Origin: Octopus sinensis | Lineage: Eukaryota | Length of the DNA: 47,752 bases | Reading direction: 5' to 3' | NCBI RefSeq assembly: GCF_006345805.1 | Contig: NW_021834531.1 | Coordinates: 1-47,752 of the forward strand | Shown here: positions 10,461 through 24,194 of the stretch, in pieces | Position numbering within the stretch: the first letter of the stretch is position 1 | Layout of the letters: every line of letters begins with the position of its first letter | Notes under the pieces: generated by a model | Databases searched by the model: none | Seen by the model: only the letters and a program-made list of their open reading frames with translations | What the model was told of the DNA's origin: nothing | Translations under genes and position numbers: made by a program

Positions 10461-12789
10461 GTTTTGGTTTTGTATTGATATTCTGATCATTATAAACATG
10501 ACATACTTTTGTTTTAGCATGTATGTCGAATATGTTTCTATAAGGCAGTATTTCACTTTATATTAACGTCAAAAGTGTGCCTCCATTATGAGATAATCAT
10601 TAAATTTCTATAATGCTAATCTTTAGATTAAGGTAAATATAATCAATCGGACTGAAAACTGCTGGCACTTTATCGAAGGGATGAAAAACAAAGTCGACGA
10701 ACCAGCGAGGGTACCTCTATGTGGTCATTCACTCTGCTGGAAATAACTGCAAAAGTTTCCTCAAATGACACTCTACCGTCTTTTAAAAAAGGCTTAGATT
10801 CTATATATCTGAAAATATGGTGGGATGCTCATAAAGGAAACGTTCTTGATCATAATTCAGCTTGGTGAAAGCTGCCTGTGAACATCAACAAGGTTCGGCC
10901 GACCTTCTGATCTTAAAGGTTACAGGGATGTAAATAAATGATTCACACTACCGTTACCGCCATTGCACTGATCTCGTATTTCTGTAGTGTTCATCTCTTA
11001 ATATCTTAACACTAAACCTAAAATTTATAAGAGAACCTTAGTTGTATGAACCGATCCCATCAGATGTCTGATTCTTATTATATGCCCCTGAATGTATGAA
11101 AAGGCGAGTTAATCCCGATATAATTTGAACTTCAGAAGCAGTAAGGAAAACCTAAATACTGTATGGAGTCACCAATTGACCCTTAATCTTTATTTCGTAC
11201 TCAATTTCTAATGAGCTGGTTCTGCAAGCAGAATCCACCAGCCAGTTTCAGTTTCTGGTTGTGGCAATTTTAATGGGTCTACACTAATACTTTAAGGAGA
11301 GGCGTGGACGTGACAACAGCTCACTCACCTCCTCTGTAAATGCCTCTCATTGAAAAGCAAAAGCAAAAAAAAAAACCCCAAAAGCAATAATCGTTAATTT
11401 TTATACCGAGTTCTCGAACTTAATTCACGAGCTGGTTTCGAAACCTGATTGAATCCTTTTTGTTTATTTTATATTGCTAATGACATTAAAAAAGATATAA
11501 AGGTCAGGGAATCTACGAATTTAATTCTAAAACATTCAAGTTTGTAACTCACTTACTCAATAAGCAATTAATTATAAAAGTTATCAAATGTCTCAAAATG
11601 TGGTAGATGGCCGGCAAAACACGTTAAACAGGAGACAAACTACCACGAGTTATTTTGTCGAATCCTTTTACGTTCTGAGTTCAAATCCAGCCCACGTTGA
11701 CTTCTTCTCTCATTTTACCGAGGTCGATATATTTAGTGTCATTCTGAGGTAACTGTGATCAACTACACACCCAAAAGACGGTGCTCCAGCATAACTGAAA
11801 GCAGTAAAAGAATAAAAATAAACCAGCCTTGAGATTGTGAATCTTATAAGGTACCGTAAATGGGCATTTTACAAGGTCCCCATTTACGGCACCTGATAAA
11901 CGATTTTATAGGATCCTTTTTTCATAAGGACATGATGGACAGAAATGAAATTGCTAGACACACGAGAATTGAAACCGAATACGGCGATCGTTTCGGCCAG
12001 ATCCTACTGTTTGTCTAGACGTCCATCACAGAAAAACCATAAAACATATTCCAATCGATATTTGGCTTCTCCTCTATGATAAGTAATTGCTTCACAGCGT
12101 CTACAGTTTTCCAATAAGAAAAGCCGGATACTCGTCAAACCGGATATAAGCTAGAGGAAGAAATAAACAAGCTTTTTAACTTGCAATTTCCACATTCTCT
12201 CCATCCATCTTACATATCCGTATCTGATTAATCGACTTAGATTTCCATGGGTTTTTTTTTTTATCTATTATTATTTTATTTTATTTTTTATTGATTGATT
12301 TATTGATTGATTGTTAGTTCAGTGATGATGCTGAGTTTTTATTATATCTTTAGATCTATTGCTGTCTAAGGTATAAACAACTTTGGTAAAAACGAGATTA
12401 TTTTCTACGGTTTGAAATAAAAACATCTGATAGTAGTGACATCTGGGGGTGGTGGTGGTGGTGGTGGTGGTGGTAGTAGTAGCCGCAGCAGTAGTTGTTG
12501 TTGTTGCCGCTGTTGTTTTGTCGCCATCGATGTTGTTGTTGTTGTCTGACACCAGATCAGACATCAAGCAGACTTGTAAATAAACGACGTTCTAACCGTG
12601 ACTGACCGATTGTTTTTCTTGAGTATGTGTGGTGGAGGTGTGTGTGTGTGTGTGTGTGTGTAATGGGGGAGTTTGTGTTTGTGGTGGGGAGTGTGTGCGT
12701 GTGAGTGGTTGTGTGTGTGTGTATGTGTATGTGTGTGTGTGTGTGTGTTTGTGTTTCCCCAAACGTGTTTATCTAGATTTCTATTACTT

Positions 12790-13185
12790 TACTTTACTTT
12801 TACTAGTTTCAGTCATTTGACTGCGGCCATGCTGGAGCACCGCCTTTTGTCGAACAAATCGACCCCGGGACTTATTCTTTGTAAGCCCAGTACTTATTCT
12901 ATCGGTCTCTTTTGCCGAACCGCTAAGTGACGGGGACGTAAACACACCAGCGTCGGTTGTCAAGCAATGCTAGGGGGACAAACACAGACACACAAACATA
13001 CACACACATATATATATATATACGACAGGCTTCTTTCAGTTTCCGTCTACCAAATCCACTCACAAGGCATTGGGCGGCCCGGGGCTATAGCAGAAGACAT
13101 TTGCCCGAGGTGCCACGCAGTGGGACTGAACCCGGATCCATGTGGTTGGTTAGCAAGCTACTTACCGCACAGCCACTCCTGCGCC
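12790..13185 (-). mobile_element. SINE family A, full length
   Basis: Reverse complement of the 37523-37925 copy; head ggcgcaggagtggctgtg, tail tgactgaaac. Confidence 0.9.
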
Positions 13186-13744
13186 TATTAGCTAATATTT
13201 GGTAATATTTACTTTTCTTTTCTCTAGTTTTTGTTTTGTTTCGTTTGTTAGTTTGTTTTAACAGCAGGATGTAAGCAGAAGGAGATTTGGCTGTTATTTC
13301 TGACAGGGCCGAGCAATCACAAAAAGTTTCCCTTGTTGTATTATTAAAACAAAAAACTTTCGGTACATCGTCAGATAAAAGAACTTCCTCCTCCCTCCTT
13401 ACAGAAAGAAGGGAAAAACACTACGAATCAGTTCCATTCCTGGTTACAACCATTTCAATAGTGTCTCAAATACATAGTATTTATCTCTTTTCTTGCTGTT
13501 GTTGTTTAACCCAAGTCAGCTTTGGCCTATGCTCAAAAGTGTTCCAATCGTGACCATCAGTTCTGATATTGTATATTTAGGACTACATTAAGCAGTGTGT
13601 CCTCTCCAATTTGAGTCGGCACGATGTGATGTGGGTAAAATTTCATTGCAATTTCTATCAGGTCGAGCGACCACATAGAGATACGCTAGTTGGTTTGGGA
13701 TCTCTCTCTTCCCTCTCTCTTTCTCTTTCTGTATTTATGTGAGT

Positions 13745-13950
13745 GATTTTGCCTGTGTTTGTCCCGCACCCTCACTTGACAACCGATGCTGGTGTGTTTA
13801 CGTCCCCGTAACTTAGCGGTTCGGCAAAAAAGACCGATATAATTAGTACTAAGTTTACAAAGAATAAGTCCTGAGGTCGATTTCATAGACTAAAACCGCT
13901 TAAGGCGGTGCTCCCGGATGGCCGCAATCTAATGACTGAAACAAGTAACA
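13745..13950 (+). mobile_element. SINE family A, 3' half
   Basis: cttgacaaccgatgctggtgtgtttacgtccccgtaacttagcggttcggcaaaa...atgactgaaacaagtaa. Confidence 0.8.
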
Positions 13951-14022
13951 GAATATATATATATAATTATATATATATATATATATACATATATATACAT
14001 ATATATACACATACATGCACAC

Positions 14023-14058
<36 letters not shown>

Positions 14059-14768
14059 GAGGATCGAAACGTAAAAGGCTTTCTCACCTTCCCGAGCGTT
14101 AAACTAATACACCTGTTTGTTGTTTACACACCAGTCTGCCCTATTTTTCAAATCCCATTTTTCAAATCCCTTTTTTTTTTTCAAATCCTGACAGCAATAC
14201 TATAGCTGGAAGCAGGATAATAATCTAATTCTACACTTTATCAAATTCGAGAATATAAATACGTTTTTAAGCACAACACACGAGTAGTGAAAAAGAAACA
14301 CTACCTTTCACCAGCACACCAGGGTCGGCACTGAGTGAACCACAGTGCTCTCTCCCTCTCTCTCTCTCCCTAGTGTGAAGCTTTCTATCTCGGACATGAG
14401 AGCAAGTGCACAACAGCCAAACACAGCATCGCTGAAACTGTGAAGCGCACAGTTCTATACAAGGATTTTTGTATTTCTTTTTCATAAACTAGAAGATGGC
14501 TAATGGCATTAAGCTTAAGGATTATATAATGTACTAGTATAAAGAAAGAATTAAAGGAAAAAGGACTCATTATATTGAATGTTATCGATAATATCAAATA
14601 GAAAGGGGGAGTGCTAAAGTTCTGAAGTGCTTATACACGAGCCGCCACTGCCAATAGTGCAAGGCTGAAAGGTAAATATTGGGGGCGGTTTCAAGGCAGT
14701 GCCCTAGCAAGGCCACATTTTAATAACTAAAACAAGTGAAAAGATAAAAGAAAAAGGAAAAAGATAAC

Positions 14769-15190
14769 GTAGTCGTGGCTGTGTGGTAAGAAGCTTACCT
14801 CCCTACCACATGGTTCGGTGTTCAGTATCACAACGTGGCACCTTGGACAAGTGTCTTCTGCTATAGCCTCGGGCCGACCAAGACTTGTGAGTGGATTTGG
14901 TAGACGGAAACTGAAAGAAGCCCGTTGTATAATGTGTGTGTGGTGTGTGTGTGTGTGTGTGGTGTGTGTGTGTGTGTGTGTGTGTGTGTCTTTGTGTGTG
15001 TTTATTCCACTACTACCATTACTTCGGCTTGAAAACCGTGGCTGGTGTGTCTACGTCCCAGTGATTTAGCGGTTCAGCAAAAGCGAACAATAAGGTATCA
15101 GGCTGTAAAAAAGTAAGTACTTGAGTCGTCAAGGCGGTGCCCCAGCATGGCCGCAGTCTAATGACTGAAACAAGTAAAAGAGTAAAAGAT
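14769..15190 (+). mobile_element. SINE family A, full length, older
   Basis: gtggctgtgtggtaagaagc...ggtagacggaaactgaaagaagccc...(GT)n...aatgactgaaacaagtaaaag. Confidence 0.85.
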
Positions 15191-15614
15191 AAATGATAAA
15201 AGTTTTTTAAGGGATGGAAATGGAGGGGATACGCGGGGAGAGCTTTAGATGTAACACATGATACGCTGTCCATGGGTAAATGGAAAACAAAATTAAAAGT
15301 CGGCCATTGTGTAAAGAAATTGCTGGTGGTCCCCGAGGAAATGGACAGACTCCAGATCTCAGAAGTTTGTTTATCAGCAAGAATCATTTAATCCAGATAT
15401 AGATTTATCTCTCATCGTTTCAATTAGATGAAACTAAAAATATGCATCAGCTGCTAGAGATCCGGTGTCTAAGGAAATTTTTGTAACGATTTATTTAAGT
15501 TGCCGCAAGAACAACGATAACAGTCATATGACTTCATAGAACGTTATACTGTAATACAATCCGAAATATCATTCACTAGAACTCCCCAAGTGAAGCAATA
15601 CAATATAAGACGTT

Positions 15615-15920
15615 TTGTATGTATGTGTGCATGTAAATATGTGTCTATGTATGCTTATATGAAGCCTATGTATGTGTGTACATGTATGTATGTATGTATG
15701 TATGTATGTATGTATGTATGCATGTATGTATGCATTATGTATCATGCATGTATGCATGCATGTATGTTGTATGTATTAGTATGTATGTAGTATGTATGTA
15801 TGTAGTATGTATTATGTATGTAGTATGTATGGCATGTATGTATGTATGTATGTTGTATGTATGTATGCATGTATGATGTATGTATGTATGTATGTATGTA
15901 TGTATTATGTATGTATTATG

Positions 15921-15954
<34 letters not shown>

Positions 15955-17650
15955 TATGTATGTATGTATGTATGTATGTAGTATGCATGTATGTATGTAT
16001 GTGTATGTGTATGTCTGCATGTATATATGTATTTGCATGTATATGTATGCATGTATGTATGTATGTATGTATGTATGTATGTATGTATGTATGTATGTAT
16101 GTATGTGTGCACGTATGTATGTATGTATGCATGTATGTATGTATGTATGTATGTATGTATGTATGCATGTATGTATGTATGTATGTGTATGTGTATGTCT
16201 GCATATATATATGTATTTGCATGTATATGTATGCATGTATGTATGTTATTCAATTTATTTTAAGGCTTCTTGCCAATTTCTAACCTAGATCCAAGGTTCC
16301 TTCATTGAGATTTCAACAGCATCAGCAGAGCATTTTTGCATCTACGTGTGTATATGTGCAGTGCACATATGTACTTAAATAATAAACTTCCGGAAGGTTT
16401 TCAAAATGTTTACTGTTCCAGTGATGGCTTGGATCTGTAGTCTTCGAATCCGCTTTCTGATATTTGATTTTGAGAAGCCTACTTTCTCAAGATTGGTACT
16501 TAGGAAGTGTGTTTCATATCCCAGTGCCCCAATAAATACAGGTATAAACCTGAACTTGTAATCACCTTGCAATAAGATTTTTTTTGAATTGAGAGAGTTC
16601 CTGGTGTTTGTAAATATGTGGTTGAGTTGGTGTATGTATGTATGTATGTATGTATGTATGTATGCATGTATGTATGTATGTATGTATGTACGTATTTATG
16701 TATGTATGTATGTATTTATGTATGTATGTATGTATGTATGTAAGGTATGTATGTATGTATGTATGTATGTATGTATGTATGTATATGTAATGTATGTATG
16801 TATGTATGTATGTATGTATTTATGTATGTATGTATTTTGTATGTATGTATGTATGTATGTATGTATGTGTATGTATGTATGTATGTATGTATTTATTATG
16901 TATGTATGTATTAATGTATATGTATTTATGTTGTATGTATGTATGTATGCATGTATGCATGTATGATGTATGTATGTATGTATGCATGTATGTATGTATG
17001 TATTATGTATGGTATGTATGTGTATGTATGTAAATGTATGGTATGTATGTATTTATGCATGTATGTATGTATGTATGTATGTATATGTATGCATGTATGT
17101 ATGCATGTATGTAGGTATGTATGTATGTATGTATTTATGTATGTAATGTATGTATGTATGTATTTAATTTATGTATTTATGTATATGTATGTATGTATGT
17201 ATGTATGTATTTATTTATGTATATGCATGTATGTATGTATGTATGTAATGTATGCATGTGTATGTATGATGTATGTATGTATGTATGTATGTATGTTATG
17301 TATATGTCATGTATGTATGTTATGTATGTATGTATGTATGTATGCATGTATGTAATGTATGTAATGTATGTAATGTATGTAGTATGTATGTAATGTAATG
17401 TATGTACTGTATGTATGTATGTATGTATGTATGTATTTATGTATGTATGTATGTATGTATGTATGTATGTATGTATGTATGTATGTATGTATGTATTTAT
17501 GTTATATGTATATGTATGGTATGTATTTACATGTATGTTTATGGTATGTATGTATTTATGTATGTATGTATGTATGTAATGTATGTATGTATGTATTTAT
17601 GTATGTAATGTATGTATGTATGTATGTATGATGTATGTATGTATGTATGT
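15615..17650. repeat. ~2-kb degenerate (TATG)n/(TACA)n array, interrupted at 16246-16630
   Basis: Read directly from the sequence. Confidence 0.95.
16246..16630 (-). mobile_element. 5'-truncated R4/Dong-like non-LTR retrotransposon 3' end (C-terminus of the restriction-like endonuclease ORF plus 3' UTR)
   Basis: ORF remnant 16375-16572 (FIPVFIGALGY...LEKVGF...LQIQAITGTVNILKTF) resembles the IPxxIGALG...LQ..AI.GT..I C-terminus of R4/Dong-clade ORFs, recognised from memory. It is followed by a ~130-nt UTR ending AATAAATTGAATAA-(CATA)n. Confidence 0.7.
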
Positions 17651-18983
17651 ATTGAATTAGAAGCAGCTTTGGAGAATGTAAACGTTATTGATGTCACATA
17701 CTTAATGTGTGTGATTTGTTTATGTGCTTATTGGCTGCGGGATACGTCCAAGGAAAAGTCCCTTTAAGTCAATTTCTTTATTAACCATAAGGTTGAGAAA
17801 AGGAGATGATACGAGGACAGACAAAACAAACATTGGGGTCAGGGTATCGAATGAGACGAAACGTATGAATAAACAAACAATTAAAATATATACAATTTAA
17901 TGAGAATGAGTGATTTACAAAAAATGAAGCGGAGGACGCGGTAGACCACACAAACCACATACTCGCACTGAAGACTTTGCTTTCTCCTTTTTATATTCTC
18001 GTTTAAACAGGTTCTTTCACTCGCAACATACTTGCTATAGACTTTCATCGTTTACGAAACAAACTTTGCGACAGCCATTTTTTTCTCCAGCCTTATTTTC
18101 TGTTTCATGTGGAAAACGAAAAAGTCGATTAGCTCGAGACTGGAGATGAACATGCCTGATCGCGAATATCAAAATCCCTGAATATCTCAAGCCACACGAA
18201 ACGGATCGCCCCGTCGGTGAACGAGCTGTTATTTCAGCTCGTCGGTATCGTACACACGAGTCATGTGGAAACGAATTCGAATTGCTGCTCTGCGGTATAT
18301 ATGCAGACAATGTAAAAATGTGGATGCGCGTGGCTTAGTGGTTAGGATGTTGGACCCCGAACCGTGGGGTTGGGAAGCAAGCTTCTTACCACACAGCCAC
18401 TCCTGCGCCTATATATGTATATATATCATCATCATCAACACCAAGTGATTTAAATCCGGGTTTTGTCCTCGTTAACGCGGGTGGCCGGATCTACCTCAAT
18501 GCCATAGCAAGCAAGGTAGGCAGGTGCTGCCCACCCCAATGTCTGGTCTGGCTGGCCGACTGGTACCCATTCTCCTTTGCTACTATGAGGCATTTTGGAC
18601 CTGGCTCGTTTTACCCCTCTATGAGGTTATTTTATTTTAATTCTCTCGTAGGAAGGCCTAGCATAACAGACGTGTTCTGTCTTGCCTTCGAAACACGCTA
18701 TGTCTGCTAGCGACAGCTGATGAAGGGGATTTTTCCTTGTGCAGCATGTCCTGTACTTCGTTTTTCTGCTGTACATAAGTGTTTTTACCGTTTTCGTTTC
18801 GTCTTGTTCCACGTCTCTGTCCTTCTGTTGTAACAAAATGGCTTTTCCGTTTTCGTTTCTGTTGATTTTTACGTCTTCTTGTGGTTTCCTGTACGTATAT
18901 ATATTTATATATGCATGTATATATACATGTAGATGTCGGTACGTACATATATGTTTGTATGTATGCATATATTTTATTTATTA

Positions 18984-19049
<66 letters not shown>

Positions 19050-19261
19050 ATATAATGATTCACAATCAAGGTGCAGAAATGGCGTATTCCGAATAAACAA
19101 AGTAATGTAATCCGATGGTAGAAAGACTTCCGCGAATTAGGTACTCCAAAGTCACTCGGATATATATATATATATGCGCACACATGTATGTATACACACG
19201 TGTATGCTTGTATGTACCCGCGTATGTGTATATGAATGTATGTAATATGTACATACAATAA

Positions 19262-19664
19262 GGCGTTGAGCTGGGAGAAAGGTTAGCACGCCGGGCGAAC
19301 TGCTTACCGGTATTTCGTCTGCTGTTACGTTCTGAGTTCAAATTCGGCTGAGGTCGACTTTGTCTTTCATCTTTTCGGGGTCGATAAATTAAGTACCAGT
19401 TACGCACTGGGGTCGCTGTAATCGACTTAATCCCTTTGTCTGTCCTTTGTTTGTCCTCTCTATGTTTAGCCCCTTGTGGGTAGTAAAGAAATAGGTATTT
19501 CGTCTGCCGTTACGTTCTGAGTTCAAATTCCGCCGAGGTCGACTTTGCCTTTCATCCTTTCGGAGTCGATAAATTAAGTACCAGTCGCGTACTGGAGTCG
19601 ATGTAATCGACTAACCCCCTCCCCTCGAAATTTCGGGCTCTTGTGCCTAGAGCAGAGAAGAATA
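19262..19664 (+). mobile_element. SINE family B dimer (head + type-2 unit + type-1 unit)
   Basis: Head aggcgttgagctgggagaaaggttagcacgccggg; junction gtgggtagtaaagaaata|ggtatttcgtc near 19495. Confidence 0.9.
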
Positions 19665-19702
19665 CATACATACATATACATACTTGCATGCACACACACG
19701 TG

Positions 19703-19944
19703 TTACTCTTTACTCTTTTACTCTTTTACTTGTTTCAGTCATTTGACTGCGGCCATGCTGGAGCACCGCCTTTAGTCGAGCAAATCGACCCCGGGACTTA
19801 TTCTTTGTAAGCCCAGTACTTATTCTTTCGGTCTCTTTTTGCCGAACCGCTAAGTGACGGGGACGTAAACACACCAGTATCGGTTGTCAAGCAATGCTAG
19901 GGGGACAAACACAGACACACAAACACACACATGCATATATATAT

Positions 19945-19978
<34 letters not shown>

Positions 19979-20149
19979 CATATATACGACAGGCTTCTTT
20001 CAGTTTCCGTCTACCAAATCCACTCACAAGGCATTGGTCGGCCCGGGGCTATTGCAGAAGACACTTGCCCAAGATGCTACGCAGTGGGACTGAACCCGGA
20101 ACCATGTGGTTGGTTAGCAAGCTACTTACCACACAGCCACTCCTGCACC
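19703..20149 (-). mobile_element. SINE family A, full length
   Basis: Near-identical to 12790-13185; (ACTCTTTT)n tail. Confidence 0.9.
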
Positions 20150-20499
20150 TACACGTGTGTGTATATATGTTTTAAAAAGTCCTTTTTTTTTTAGAGAGAG
20201 AAATAAATTGGTTATGTCAGCTCTTGTAGTTTGGAAACTGTAAACAGTAATTGCCGAGACAAATGTGTAACAACAACAGCAACAACAACAACAGCAGCAA
20301 AACAGCTACAATACTCCACTCCAGCCCACCCCTACCGACTCGAAGCAATCCTTAAGAAACTAAGCACTGGAAGTTAGTAATTTAGAATAAAATGTCTTTA
20401 AAAGACAGCTCAGCTATTTTGATGTCATTGTAAAAAGAATTATAAATGTTATTGTTAATATTATCATGATTATTATCACGAAAATTATTATTATAGTAC

Positions 20500-21000
20500 C
20501 AATGTCAAATACAAACAACATAAAAATCAGTCGTCGTTTTTGTTGTTGTTGTTGTTGGTGGTAGTGGTGGTGGTGGTAGTGGGGAAGTGGTGGTGGTGGT
20601 GGTGGTGGTGATTATGTGTTGCTCTTGAGGGTAGTGCTATTACTTTTGTTGTTGTTTAGTGGTGGTGTTTTATCTTTTAAGACAATTTTATTGGTAATCT
20701 AAAAAAAAAAATGAAAGGAAAGAAGAAGAAGAAGAAGAAGAAAGAAGAAGAAGAAGAAGAAGAAGAAGAGGAAGAGGAAGAGGAGAGGAGGAGAAGGAGG
20801 GGTGGAGTAAAAACAACAACAACAAAACTAAACTAAAATTAATGGAAATAGAAAAATTCTTTAGAATGACACACACCTCTCCTATTTTTTTTTTTGCCTC
20901 TATTATCTTCAATTCCAATCTAAGCTCTCTCTTCCCCCCTCTCTCTCTCTCCCCCCACACACACATACACATACACACACATCTTTTCTCTCTCTCTCTT

Positions 21001-21030
<30 letters not shown>
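20500..21030. repeat. Compound (GTT)/(GGT)/(GAA)/(CT) simple repeats
   Basis: Read directly from the sequence. Confidence 0.9.
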
Positions 21031-21031
<1 letters not shown>

Positions 21032-21874
21032 TTCTTCCAACTTCTACCTTATTGTTATTAGTGGTAATATACTTTTCCTAGTTTTGTTAATGCAACCTCC
21101 TCGTAAAAGTGTCACAGTTCAACACACATTGAATGTCTCTATCTCTATTAGCATCAGATTACCATCGCAAACACACAGCCATGTTCCGTCTCCAATAACA
21201 CGGAATCGGTCGTAAACTACATTCTCATGACAGGACAGCTAGCTATTTTTTTTTGTTTTATTTTGTTTTTGTTTTTGTTTTTGTTTTTGTTTCTTTTCTC
21301 TTGTTGTCGTTTTTGTAATCATCCCCGAAGAAAAGAAAATTTCTTCATCATTTTATAAACAGTCAAAAGTCGAGCGAGCTGTACCAAACCACGGAGGAGA
21401 AGACAGAATGAGAAAAAGAGAAAGAGAAGAAAGTGGGGAAGAGATTGAGTGATGGAACAGAAAAACAGAAAAACAGACAGAAAGAGAAAGAGGGAGTAAG
21501 GGGGGGGAAGCAAAAGAGAAAGCCTGAAAGAGGGCGAGACAGAAGAAGAGGAAAACGAGGTTGAAATGTATGGTAACTGGTGGAAGAATTTTGATGAAAT
21601 TGACGAAAATGTTAAGCCGTCTGGAATCAAAACTAATAAATCCTCAGCTGAACTGACGACATGATTTCCATCAGTGATATATTAGTATCCCGGTCTTCTA
21701 TTTTTATTATCATTATTATTATTATTATTATTATTACTTTTATTTTTATTTTTATTCTTTTTTTTTTTTTTTGTAGAGGGAGATGGGGTCGGATGAGTTT
21801 CGTTTCCCCTTCTTTTCTAACCCCTTAAATCCCCATCCGATATGCTTTCAAAATAACTAGAACAGTTTTGGAAG

Positions 21875-21885
21875 GATATATATAT

Positions 21886-21927
<42 letters not shown>

Positions 21928-21971
21928 CATCCATACATATATATATACATATATATATATATGTATATATA

Positions 21972-22031
<60 letters not shown>

Positions 22032-22045
22032 GTATATATATATAT
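21875..22045. repeat. (TA)n/(CA)n microsatellite
   Basis: Read directly from the sequence. Confidence 0.95.
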
Positions 22046-22435
22046 GTGTGTCTGTGTGGATTTGCTTCCCACCTCCTCCCCTGCTGCCCCCCCCCTTTTT
22101 TTTTATCCTTTCGCCACGAACAAATACCGAAACCTAGCAGAAATATATTCAGATTTATGCGACTCTGTCAGTGAAATTTACGAATATTTTTTCAAATCTG
22201 GCTGTTTAGCTTACACCGCGCTATCTATCACCCACACTCCACTGTTTTTCCCAACTATCCAGCTTGATCTGACTTCCAGCTAAATCTTGCAACCCTTAAC
22301 AATATCACGTGCATCTGTTCCAAGTAACACCACATCTGGGAAAGACAAATAAAAGTAGAAACAAAAAAAGAAAAACGAAACTGAAATGAAAAAATAATAC
22401 AAAACAGGAAACAGTATTAAATAAAACTAATTGTT

Positions 22436-22600
22436 GGCATGGTTGCTTGGTTAAGAAGCTCATTTTGCAATCACGTGGTCTTAAGTTCAGTCCCACAGCG
22501 ATGCACATTGGGCAAGTGTCTGCTATTATATCCCCGGGCCGACCGGTGCCTTGTGAGTGAATTCGGAAGACAGACAATGAGTGGAAGTATGTCGTGTGTG
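22436..22600 (+). mobile_element. Divergent SINE family A 5' half
   Basis: ggttaagaagctc...agttcagtcccacagcg...ttgggcaagtgtc...gggccgacc...ccttgtgagtg. Confidence 0.7.
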
Positions 22601-22986
22601 TATGTGTGTATGTGTATGTGTATGTGTGTATACAAATATACCTATATGTGTATGTGCATATGTATGTATGCATGTTTGTGTTTGTATGTGGCTATAAATT
22701 TTCTTTCGTTTCTATCACACACACTGCGTTAAATAAATCAACTTTGGATTTGCACAAAAACCTAAAAATGCTAATACTTTCTAAGAAAAGTTAATAAGTG
22801 AAAATAAAAACAAATAAAAATTTATTAAAAAAAAAACTGACACACATCCTCCAAATCGAATCAGTCAGTGGCACAGTAAAAATGTGTAAGATGTTCGAAA
22901 GATTCTTTAAAAGAATATATGAACGCATTTGGTTGTGTGCATCTACATAGACACGTGTACAAAGTGATGATTCACGCGCGCTTGCA

Positions 22987-23029
<43 letters not shown>

Positions 23030-23294
23030 CACACACACACACACGCATACACATACACACACACAGCTAAGCACTGAAGAGACATGTTCACACAGAACAT
23101 AAATGTAGGTCCATACACCTATATATATGCACACTCTGTCTCAACCACATGTTTACAAACCCCGAGAATTGTCTTAACTCAAAAAAGCCTTGTCACTTTT
23201 TTAGCGATATCTAAATTCTGAAGAAGGTATTTCGATTTTTAGTGAGGAACAAACTTCATATTCATATAAGGAATTCATAGAATTACAGTAAAAA

Positions 23295-23695
23295 TAATCT
23301 TTTCTACTCTAGGCACAAGGCCCCGAAATTTTGAAGGAACAGGCTAGTCGATTAGGTCGACCCCGGTACGCAGCTAGTACTTAATTTATCGACTCTGAAA
23401 GAATGAAAAGCAAAGTCGACCTCGGCGGAATTTGAACTCAGAACATAAAGACAGACGGAATACCTATTTCTTTACTACCCACAAGGGGCTAAACACAGAG
23501 AGGACAAACAAGGACAGACAAAGAAATTAAGTCGATTATATCGACTCCAGTGCGTAACTGGTACTTATTTAATCGACCCCGAAAGGATGAAAGGCAAAGT
23601 CAACTTCGGCGGAATTAGAACTCAGAACGTAACGGTAGACGAAATACGGCTACGCATTTCGCCCGGCCTGCTGACGTTTCTGCCAGCTCGCCGCC
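23295..23695 (-). mobile_element. SINE family B dimer (head + type-2 unit + type-1 unit)
   Basis: Same architecture as 19262-19664, on the minus strand. Confidence 0.9.
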
Positions 23696-23792
23696 TTTTT
23701 ACAATAAAATAATATACAATACAAACGTACTCAAACACACATACACACACACACACACACATGCGCACGCACATACACACACGTACTCACGC

Positions 23793-23832
<40 letters not shown>

Positions 23833-24060
23833 ACACACACATTTCATCGTAAGACCATGAAGTATCAGCTAGATTCTTATTACACGCACCAGAGATGAAA
23901 TTACGTTTGGCAAAATATCATGAAATTAGTGAAATACAATGTTTATAGATGTTAAAACAAAATGTGCAATATACATAGTGCGGAGCAGAGAAGAAAATAA
24001 ATTATGAATGAGACTGTTGTAACACTGCGAGAAGCCTCCATGTATTCATTTCGAAAATAG

Positions 24061-24107
<47 letters not shown>

Positions 24108-24194
24108 AAAACCAGCTTGATGCTGTCCAAGCTTCGCCATTGTAGTATAATGAAGTGCTCTTTAATTATATATTGTTCATGCTTCTTATATCAA

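Noticed and set aside
11940-12245. Minus-strand KMDGENVEI resembles an RTE reverse-transcriptase segment
   Set aside because: Too short, with no flanking motifs to support a call.
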